From Auanema rhodensis (lineage: Eukaryota > Animalia > Nematoda), in the NCBI GenBank assembly GCA_964057225.1, contig OZ059896.1:18352001-18416000 (forward strand): DNA of 64,000 bases, read 5' to 3'. A program made the position numbers and the translations under genes. The notes below the pieces were generated by a model. That model did not search any database, had not been told where the DNA came from, and worked only from the letters and a program-made list of their open reading frames with translations. This document shows, piece after piece, positions 26,990 to 34,826 of this stretch. Positions within the stretch are counted from its first letter, which is position 1. Every line of letters starts with the position of its first letter.

Positions 26990-26998
26990 GTATAAAAG
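26990..26998 (+). promoter_or_regulatory. TATA box GTATAAAAG upstream of the D-box gene
   Basis: Matches the nematode GTATAWWAG consensus; conserved at 19201 (A') and 58827 (B'), each followed ~30-40 nt later by TTTCAG. Confidence 0.6.
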
Positions 26999-27149
26999 GT
27001 TGGCAATTTTGCTACATTTACATTTCAGCTCTGCCAACTATCCGAGGATCCGACGTTTCACCATCTCCTGCCACTCTTTGCCAATCGCCATAGACTGCTC
27101 CTCTCTGCAAGTTTGCCTTATATTTTAGAAAGTTGGATCTTTAGCGGAA

Positions 27150-27736
27150 ATGAAGCGTGCTGTACTTGCTGATGTGACAAATGTTGTGCGCAAATCGCCT
27201 GAACCTGAAGTACCACGACCACCCACACCAGCTCCAAATTTTACAAGTTTTGGTATGAACCTTAACTTGTATTTATTAAATCTTTAATTTAGATTCACCA
27301 ATAAAGCAGATGGAGATTCTGAGAGAGAGCACTCCACCAAGGAGTGTATTAATGAGACCAATTTGTCTCTGCAAAACTTGTAGGGAATCATTGCAGGTTA
27401 TAGACGAGTATCACTGTTTCAGCCTCTGTATAAAGTGTAGAGGAAGGAATGATGCGTTGGGTCTTTTGAAGGAATTTCGTCATTATAAGCCCGAAAAGTT
27501 CTCTATTAATGTAAGCTTGCATATTTATTTATTTTCAATTTTATAATTTTTTTTAGATGCGCTCTTATAACACCATGACGTGCAAGCAATTGTTGAACAA
27601 TATGGGCTATATTGTTATATATGCAGATGAGGCTACTGTAAAGACTTTTGGTTATAAGCAGAATGTATTCTACTTTAAACTAAGTCCAGAAGCACTCAAC
27701 CTGAACATGTTTATCCGCTTTGATCCTTCATTTTGA
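27150..27736 (+). CDS. Maverick-A spliced accessory protein (~166 aa) with N-terminal D-box, Pro-directed S/T sites and Cys cluster; exons 27150-27252, 27293-27510, 27557-27736
   Basis: Exon structure and protein conserved in family B (59060-59653) with many synonymous changes; MKRAVLADVTN, CLCKTC...HCFSLCIKC, shared C-terminus FGYKQNVFYFKLS...IRFDPSF*. Confidence 0.8.
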
Positions 27737-28031
27737 CTACAACAAGCACAAATAGTACAATTGGCGTTTTATTCTTGTTTTGTTATGTGGCATTTTTATA
27801 TTCTCAGCCGTAACATTTTTTTTTTCCAGCTCTTGCGAATATCCATCAATGGCTCATCAATTGAGGACGAATGATCAACCAACTGGTAAGAATTTGAAAA
27901 TTTGAATAGTCTACATTTTTTTTTTGCAGGTTGAATTGTTGTTTGTATTTTGCTGGTTTTTTATTGTTACATTATTCGATATATCAAATAAATCATTTAT
28001 TATAATTACAATTGTTTATAACATTGAAAAA

Positions 28032-29099
28032 TTATACATTTAAATTTTCTGCATCTATCCATTCATTAAAGTTGTCGGGATATCCACTCCATTTTACAAA
28101 TACTTGACGTTTACCGCTTCGAGTACGCTCTTTTAAAACATTTTCTATATAGTACTTGTTACTTTTATTAGTAGCCAAGACAAGTTCAGGTTCGTAGAAT
28201 ATTCCCTTTATACGTTCACCATTATAATCTACAAGTTTATACACGGTTGGGTTTCCGGTTACAACCTCATCAATTGTGAACAGCTCCATTGTATATCCAG
28301 ACTCGTAGCTTTTTTCAAAAGTACGCCTATTTTTGCTTATGCGAACAGTATCACCAATTTTAAAGCGGCTTTTAACAGCTGGTGCATATTCTTCAATGAA
28401 TATATTTGCTTTAACATCAATGGGCCGCATTTTTATGGAGCGGTTATAAGATTTGTTTATTCCTTCAACCAAATCATCTAGGATATCAATCCAACGATGA
28501 TTATTCTTGTAATAGAGATATTTCATCATGCGTGTTTTTAAAGTTCTATTTGCTCGCTCCACCATTGCAGCCTTTTGTGGTGAACTTGTAGATCCGTGCA
28601 GTATGGCAAACTTTTTGAATAGTTTTTCACAATGACTATTATAAAACTCTGTGCCATTATCAGTAATCAACTGAATTGGTATAAAATTCTTGAATAAATT
28701 TTCAAATGCACTAGCAACCTCTATACCACCTTTAGTTTTCAAAGGCCTAACATATAACATGCGTGTATAAACATCAATCATGGTCAACATGTAAGCATAG
28801 CCGTCGTTTAATTTTTTATATTTTTGCATATCAACCAAATCTGCTTGCACTGTTAGAAATCGACCACATCCTCTAGTCTTTCTAGTCTGCATACGCATTC
28901 TGGTTGGTTTATGTCGTGTAAAAGTTTCAGAATCTTGCAAAAAATCATCAACTTGTACCTTTGAAATGCCATGTTTTCGTGCTTGCGATAATAAATTCTT
29001 GGCTGATGTATATGAAGCTGGGTGTTTTATATCGTAATAAATGCTCGCCAAAATATCATTTCCATAATCTAATGTAGAACCTTTTACGACCTTGGCCAT
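28032..29099 (-). CDS. Maverick retroviral-like (rve) integrase with C-terminal chromodomain
   Basis: QADLVDM / ITDNGTEF / MVERANRTLK DDE triad; chromodomain YYIENVLKER...VKWSGYPDNFNEWI. Confidence 0.95.
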   Translation of the reverse strand: MAKVVKGSTLDYGNDILASIYYDIKHPASYTSAKNLLSQARKHGISKVQVDDFLQDSETFTRHKPTRMRMQTRKTRGCGRFLTVQADLVDMQKYKKLNDGYAYMLTMIDVYTRMLYVRPLKTKGGIEVASAFENLFKNFIPIQLITDNGTEFYNSHCEKLFKKFAILHGSTSSPQKAAMVERANRTLKTRMMKYLYYKNNHRWIDILDDLVEGINKSYNRSIKMRPIDVKANIFIEEYAPAVKSRFKIGDTVRISKNRRTFEKSYESGYTMELFTIDEVVTGNPTVYKLVDYNGERIKGIFYEPELVLATNKSNKYYIENVLKERTRSGKRQVFVKWSGYPDNFNEWIDAENLNV

Positions 29100-29769
29100 T
29101 CTGTGAGTCTCCTTCTTGTGGTGTGTAATATGATTCGGCGGCAGTATCAAAAGTCTTTGACCTTTTACTTTTGAGTGTACGAACCGGTGATGGTGAATAT
29201 CTAATAACAGCTTTACGATGACGAGGCGTTCTAGGTAATATAGTAGAGTCCAAGTCTGTAACAGCCGGTTCAGCTCTAGTTACAACGTCAACTGAATCAT
29301 TGTCAGACTCTCTTCTAGTTTGTTTCTTGTTAGAACTTGGTACGCCTTTACTGGCTAAAAACTTTGACAAGACTGAAAATCCATTAGGCTCCGTTTTTGT
29401 TTTATCCAATACAAAATCTAAAATTTTTGTAATATTCGTGTTTGGTACAGCCTCATTATTAATCACAAGTTGGTTATTCTTGTTTGTGCGCACCTCTGGA
29501 AATTTCTCCCACAAATTGTTATACTTTCTTGGCAACTTGTATTCTGGCAATAGAGGTGGATCAGCATTTTCCACTTGTACTGATATGGGCGCATCTATAC
29601 TTTCTCTATAGTTTTTGAGACGAGCAATCAAGTCTTCGTATAGTTCAGCCTTTTTATAGTCGGGTATAGCTCTATTTTCTCGTAAAAGCTTGAGCTCTGC
29701 ATCAAACTTGTCTATATTAATTGTTTCCTCGTCGACAGGAATTAGTCGATATTTATGGTTGAGCTTCAT
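29056..29769 (-). CDS. Conserved Maverick protein (PM-like), basic C-terminus
   Basis: KYRLIP...FDAELKLLREN..IPDYKKAELY pattern typical of the ORF preceding Maverick integrase; homologue at 53238-53975. Confidence 0.7.
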   Translation of the reverse strand: MKLNHKYRLIPVDEETINIDKFDAELKLLRENRAIPDYKKAELYEDLIARLKNYRESIDAPISVQVENADPPLLPEYKLPRKYNNLWEKFPEVRTNKNNQLVINNEAVPNTNITKILDFVLDKTKTEPNGFSVLSKFLASKGVPSSNKKQTRRESDNDSVDVVTRAEPAVTDLDSTILPRTPRHRKAVIRYSPSPVRTLKSKRSKTFDTAAESYYTPQEGDSQNGQGRKRFYIRLWK

Positions 29770-30074
29770 TATTTAAAACCAAAATAGGCAATACCACATG
29801 TAACTATTGTTTTCAATTGTTTGTGTGAAAGCGTTGCCAATGATGATTTAGCCTTTTCCGGTGTGCGTATCAAAGCTATTTGACGTAATAATGAAGATAT
29901 GGGCAAGAGGGTTTTATATTCCTTGTTAGTTAAAAGAAAATTATTATTTTTCACAATATTAAATACAATTTCAACAATAATTTCAATTTGTGCAAAAGAA
30001 AATGAGGAAACAGAACAAGGAGTTTTGGCGCAAGAAGACAAAAAGTTGAAATTTGACAAAATACGACCACTCAT
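29769..30074 (-). CDS. Small conserved Maverick protein (PW-like)
   Basis: IVEIVFNIVKNN.FLLT...LLRQIA resembles the ICExxxNxLxGN..LRxLA Polinton protein; homologue at 52933-53241. Confidence 0.65.
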   Translation of the reverse strand: MSGRILSNFNFLSSCAKTPCSVSSFSFAQIEIIVEIVFNIVKNNNFLLTNKEYKTLLPISSLLRQIALIRTPEKAKSSLATLSHKQLKTIVTCGIAYFGFK

Positions 30075-30086
30075 TGAACAAGCACT

Positions 30087-30734
30087 TTAAACACTAAACA
30101 CATTTCTGGCAACATAAACAATAGGGTTCTCCGCTGTTATATCAGATAGTATACGCTGCTTCTCACTTGTTAAAGGATGATTGTCAATCAGTAAATGACT
30201 ATAGGGAGTAGACATTGCATCATCATACGCCTCTAGAGCATTTTTGAAACGTGGCCCAAATAATTGCTGCAGACAATTACGTATTTGTAATATATCTGAA
30301 TGACTTTTCATCAGTATTATATATGTACTATTGATTCGACTGGTCCTGTCCAGTTGAAATGCCGCTTGCACAAGATTAAACACTGCCAAATTCCAGTGAT
30401 GAGCCCATACTGTAAAAATGTTGTTGAGTAATTCCTTTGCTGCTTTATTCGATGAAAAAAAGTTCATCAAATCATCCAGCACTAGTATAGTATTTACTCC
30501 CTTTTGTTCTTTTATCAAATCAGGATCAGGAGGCCCTTGAATAATTATTAAACGCTCATCATTTATTGGTACACCTGACGATGACCCACATTGACTGAAC
30601 CAGAATATTCTATCAATGGGGACGTTGAAAAACTTTTCAGTATTTTCACATATGTGCTTTATGAGGGTTGTTTTACCGCATTGGGTAGCACCTATTACAG
30701 TTGTCTGACTGGGTAGTTTGAAGCTGAAAACCAT
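30087..30734 (-). CDS. A32/FtsK-HerA-like DNA packaging ATPase
   Basis: Walker A GATQCGKTT, Walker B LVLDDLM, AHHWN, SRINSTY. Confidence 0.93.
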   Translation of the reverse strand: MVFSFKLPSQTTVIGATQCGKTTLIKHICENTEKFFNVPIDRIFWFSQCGSSSGVPINDERLIIIQGPPDPDLIKEQKGVNTILVLDDLMNFFSSNKAAKELLNNIFTVWAHHWNLAVFNLVQAAFQLDRTSRINSTYIILMKSHSDILQIRNCLQQLFGPRFKNALEAYDDAMSTPYSHLLIDNHPLTSEKQRILSDITAENPIVYVARNVFSV

Positions 30735-30813
30735 AATCAACCACTCGTAAATGTACCTAAAATGCAAATGATTTCATTTGCAATAGTGTACACGTATCAA
30801 GTGGTGGTTTGTC

Positions 30814-31671
30814 ATGGATGATTTTTACATTACTCTTCCATCATCAGTTGACTCTGAAAAAAGTAATACATCATCAGTGTTTCTTACCAGATTACCTGAA
30901 ACACTAAGGCTACGCAATAATAGATATTGCATTGGGCTGACAGACATCATTTTTCCTTGTTCTATATTAAATGTTCAAAAAGATTTATCTTATACACTAC
31001 GTTTTTCCAATAGAAAATTTATTCTGCACTTGCCTAAAGGCAACTATGCAAATGGTGATGAAATAATACGCGGAATCAATGCTGGAAGAGAATCATTTAT
31101 CGCCAACAATACAAAGCCTCTTGGAGCTGAGGAAGAAGCACGTATAAAAAGTTTAATAGATAAAGATGAAGATGTAAAAAAGTGGTATAATAATCGACAG
31201 GCTGAGGCTAAGCTAGTGGAGGAAATGCTCGCAGACGCCACATTTCAGTTTAACAAAACATTGCAGCGCATAGAGTTTGTAACAAGCAAGCGACTATTAA
31301 TGAATGCAACGCTTGGTGATGATTTTGCATATTTTCTTGGTTTTGAAAATAAAAACATCAACGATACAATAATAGCCAGGCGTCCCATTGATTTTTCAAA
31401 TAACATTAATACAATGTATATATATTGTGATATTGTAGAATATTCCATTCTTGGTAATGTGAAAGCTAATTTACTTGCATGTTTACCTGTACCACCTCCT
31501 ACTGAATTTGGTAAAATGATTGCCAAAACATTTAATCCTATTCGTTATGTACCAATCACTAGACAAACACTCGATACCATACGTATTGAAATTTTAGATG
31601 AATTTGGTCGTCCTATGCAATTTAATTATGGTTCTACAGTTGTTACATTGCATGTTAAAAATATGAAATAA
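30814..31671 (+). CDS. Minor capsid protein (penton, PX)
   Basis: FYITLPS..NTSSVFLTRLP, MYIYCDIVEYSILGNVKANLL, RYVPI..IRIEILDEFGRPMQF...VTLH. Confidence 0.88.
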   Translation: MDDFYITLPSSVDSEKSNTSSVFLTRLPETLRLRNNRYCIGLTDIIFPCSILNVQKDLSYTLRFSNRKFILHLPKGNYANGDEIIRGINAGRESFIANNTKPLGAEEEARIKSLIDKDEDVKKWYNNRQAEAKLVEEMLADATFQFNKTLQRIEFVTSKRLLMNATLGDDFAYFLGFENKNINDTIIARRPIDFSNNINTMYIYCDIVEYSILGNVKANLLACLPVPPPTEFGKMIAKTFNPIRYVPITRQTLDTIRIEILDEFGRPMQFNYGSTVVTLHVKNMK

Positions 31672-31676
31672 ACGCT

Positions 31677-32141
31677 TTATTCAACAGTTATACAATACCA
31701 CATTTTTATTTTCGAAGGTTTAAAAGATAGTTTAGGGCAGTTTTGTTTGTCGCTCGGCTCGTGTTGTGAATGTTCTCCGTCACTATTGCTGCGGCATCTT
31801 TTTGATTGGGTTGAATGTACAAACTCCTCAGCTTTTTCAAAGGGTTTGCTGGTATCATTTCCATCACCATCTTCACCATTCGTTCCATTATTATTATGAA
31901 TACGCCGAATATGACGCTCACAATTGAATCTTGTTCCAAAAGTTTCACTACAATGAGGGCACAAACGTCTACGAACACCATCCAAATGTCCATATTTTTG
32001 AATAAAGTCAGCATTGCTGATATAATTGTTACATATGGGTTGAATCCCTGCATGTCTTTTCAAAACGTGATCACTAAAATGCTTGGTTGAAGAAAATATT
32101 TCCTTGCATGTACCACAATATTTGTTACATAAAAGTTCCAT
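31677..32141 (-). CDS. C2H2 zinc-finger protein (two fingers)
   Basis: CGTCKEIFSSTKHFSDHVLKRH and CPHCSETFGTRFNCERHIRRIH; homologue at 50975-51304. Confidence 0.8.
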   Translation of the reverse strand: MELLCNKYCGTCKEIFSSTKHFSDHVLKRHAGIQPICNNYISNADFIQKYGHLDGVRRRLCPHCSETFGTRFNCERHIRRIHNNNGTNGEDGDGNDTSKPFEKAEEFVHSTQSKRCRSNSDGEHSQHEPSDKQNCPKLSFKPSKIKMWYCITVE

Positions 32142-32182
32142 TAGAGGAAAATGAAAAACGACCACACGCAATCAACCCACTT

Positions 32183-32353
32183 TTATATAATGAGCAATAA
32201 TATGACTAGTGTTGTACAAAAGCCCAATCCCAATGCTATACCTTTAATAAATGGCACTGAAATACATTTCAACATTCTCCTGTATAAAGGCGCTGGTTTA
32301 GATTGCTCCAACGTGTATTTGACACATAATTCACAGTGACAAGGAATATTCAT
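32183..32353 (-). CDS. 56-aa protein with CxCxxC and a C-terminal hydrophobic segment
   Basis: MNIPCHCELCVKYTLEQ...SVPFIKGIALGLGFCTTLVILLLII; same length and frame conserved in family B (50763-50933). Confidence 0.65.
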   Translation of the reverse strand: MNIPCHCELCVKYTLEQSKPAPLYRRMLKCISVPFIKGIALGLGFCTTLVILLLII

Positions 32354-32394
32354 AACTGACCACGTAATGTAGCAGGTTATTAATGACAAATTTC

Positions 32395-32850
32395 TTATAT
32401 AGTAGCCAATTTATAGTCGAATACTTTATGCATAAACGCTTTAATAAAGACATCATCATTTTTCAATAGTTTAAAAAATGAACAAATGCTTTCAAATGAA
32501 TTACCAGCCGACAACATTAGTATTACAAATACCACATAGCCACCACAAGTGTATTCAATTATGCGTTGTGGTTTGCAAGTATTAATTTTTACCTTTTTAT
32601 ATTTGGCCAGATAATTTTGAATGTACTTGTTCATTTTATATCCCAAGCTACAGAAAAAATAGGCTTGCTTGTTACGGACAAAGATGACCTGCCAATGTGT
32701 GCCTGGCTTATCATGTGTGTCAGTATTTACGACAAGTGCAAAGTTTTTACGACGCGTTTTGGGTAGAGTATCAGCGCTATATACACCGAGGAATAGTTTC
32801 CGAGTGCTGGGGACAGATTGCAATAGTGATACTATTTCAGACGAATACAT
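32395..32850 (-). CDS. Adenain-like (C5) cysteine protease
   Basis: FLGVYSAD, VVNTDTHDKPGTHW (His), PQ...TCGGY (Gln/Cys). Confidence 0.9.
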   Translation of the reverse strand: MYSSEIVSLLQSVPSTRKLFLGVYSADTLPKTRRKNFALVVNTDTHDKPGTHWQVIFVRNKQAYFFCSLGYKMNKYIQNYLAKYKKVKINTCKPQRIIEYTCGGYVVFVILMLSAGNSFESICSFFKLLKNDDVFIKAFMHKVFDYKLATI

Positions 32851-32901
32851 TTTAGTAGAATGATCTAGTGTAACTTTTGTATTGCGCGCGTGCGGTTCGA
32901 T

Positions 32902-33354
32902 ATGCCGCACCTCCTTTTGGATGTCAACTCTATTCAATGGACAACACTTTTAAATCAACAAATGGGTGGCGCCCCATTTAGCGGAATGATGTTTCAACGT
33001 GGAATGCAGAGGGGTCATGGTTTGGGTGGTATTTTGGCAACTTTGGCATCATTTCTACCACGCATCATTCAATCACCTATAGCCCGAAATCTCATCAATG
33101 CCGGAAGAAACGCCTTATCCAGTGCTGTAAGCAATAGTCCAGTTGTAAATTCACCTCTTGGCGGACAGTTGCTGAAAACTGGTAATGAAATTGTCGATGG
33201 GGTGCTGAAAGGCGATAATATCAAGGAAACTCTTAAAACAGCCGGCCGACAAGCTATACGAGATCTTACCGGCTTGGGCAAACGGCGACGACGCAAAACC
33301 ACAAAACCTCATAAGCGGTTGTGCATCACTCGTGAGCGGTCGTTTCACATTTAA
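32902..33354 (+). CDS. Putative virion core / membrane-lytic protein (cupiennin/pVI-like) with GxG protease sites and Arg-rich tail
   Basis: QMGGA, QRGHGLGGILATLASFL (amphipathic), LTGLGKRRRRK; abuts the major capsid gene. Confidence 0.7.
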   Translation: MPHLLLDVNSIQWTTLLNQQMGGAPFSGMMFQRGMQRGHGLGGILATLASFLPRIIQSPIARNLINAGRNALSSAVSNSPVVNSPLGGQLLKTGNEIVDGVLKGDNIKETLKTAGRQAIRDLTGLGKRRRRKTTKPHKRLCITRERSFHI

Positions 33355-34689
33355 ATGGCTAAATTGATAGATTCAAAATCAGCACAAGCCCTTTTACCTA
33401 ATATCAACTATGGTGAAATACCTGCGTCGGCATTAGGTGTTGAATCCACTCGTACTGTACAAGTCCCTTTGAAAAATACTTTTCTTCCTCAAGGACCATG
33501 GGAATTTGTTATAGCTCAAAATTCCAAATCATTCCTCAATCTGAGAAGATGTTGGTTGAATGTAAAATTTAAAATTGTAACCACAAACGGTGATCCAGTA
33601 CCAGACAACCTTGTTTTTGCACCATGTCAACAATTTGCTGCCAGTTTAATACATTCGTATCATTTGAAAATTGGCGATGTTAGCGTGTATGACTCTACCG
33701 TGAATCATGCCTATAAAACATATATTGAGAATATTTTAATGTATAGCAACGATGTTAAAGAGAGCAAACTTGCCATATCAGGCTATTATGCTGATAGATA
33801 TATAGATAATGCATCCAGTGCTGGATTTAGAACGCGTCAAACGCTTGTAAAAAATGGCATATTGTGTGAGATGGCTGCTCCCGTCAGTATCGACCTATTT
33901 AATCAAGAGCGACTGTTTGTAAACTATTCAAAAATGGAGCTAACTGCATATCCAAACCGTGATAACTTTTTAATTGACACTCTAGGCTGGAATAATGAAA
34001 ACAAGGATACTACATTAAAGGAGGAGTTTCCAAATTTGAAAGTAGATATCAGCGATGTACATTTGCTCATTCAAGAGTTTGATCTAAACGCTGGATTAGC
34101 TATGGCTATAGAAGATAAACTCGCAAAGGATCGAATACACTACCCCATGACATCAGTGAAAATGCGCTCTTATTTCATAGAAGGAGGCCGCTTGGATTCA
34201 CCTAATAATATATTATTCACGTCTCATACACCAAAACGTGTTGTAGTAGGTCTTGTCGGCGCACACGCTTATAATGGTACTTTTAAACATTCGCCATTCA
34301 ACTTTAAACCGTTTGATTTGAAAAATATATACTTGACGCTCAACAATAGGGTAATACCTACCCGTCCTTATAATTTAGAATGGCGATCTTCCTATGCCAC
34401 AGCATATATTGACATGCTGGAAGGTTTGGGACTTGGTCGTACAGATTCATCCAATGGTATTACACCAGCAATGTATAAAGCTGGTTTCACATTTTTTGTA
34501 TTTGATATTTCTCCTACTGTGCATTCGTCAGAGTTATTTGATGTTATACGACAAGGTAATGTAGCCTTGAAATTGGAATTTGGTCAACAAACGCCGCAAG
34601 AGGGCTTATATGCAATTGTTTATGCAGAGTATGACTCTATTCTTTCAATTGACAACAATCGTGCTCCATATATTGATACCAGTTTGTAA
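33355..34689 (+). CDS. Major capsid protein (double jelly-roll, PY/hexon)
   Basis: 444 aa; GPWEFVI..FLNL..CWLNVKFKI, DLFNQERLF, PKRVVVGLV..AYNG..SPFNF, GFTFFVFDISP, IVYAEYD. Confidence 0.93.
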   Translation: MAKLIDSKSAQALLPNINYGEIPASALGVESTRTVQVPLKNTFLPQGPWEFVIAQNSKSFLNLRRCWLNVKFKIVTTNGDPVPDNLVFAPCQQFAASLIHSYHLKIGDVSVYDSTVNHAYKTYIENILMYSNDVKESKLAISGYYADRYIDNASSAGFRTRQTLVKNGILCEMAAPVSIDLFNQERLFVNYSKMELTAYPNRDNFLIDTLGWNNENKDTTLKEEFPNLKVDISDVHLLIQEFDLNAGLAMAIEDKLAKDRIHYPMTSVKMRSYFIEGGRLDSPNNILFTSHTPKRVVVGLVGAHAYNGTFKHSPFNFKPFDLKNIYLTLNNRVIPTRPYNLEWRSSYATAYIDMLEGLGLGRTDSSNGITPAMYKAGFTFFVFDISPTVHSSELFDVIRQGNVALKLEFGQQTPQEGLYAIVYAEYDSILSIDNNRAPYIDTSL

Positions 34690-34826
34690 TGTATGTAATA
34701 AATTCTTTAAAAGATTTAAGAATAAAATTTATTAATACAACTATTTTTAAAAATAAATACATGTACAATGATAAAATTTTATAAATACAAATATATACAA
34801 GATAAAAATTTATAAATTCAAATATA

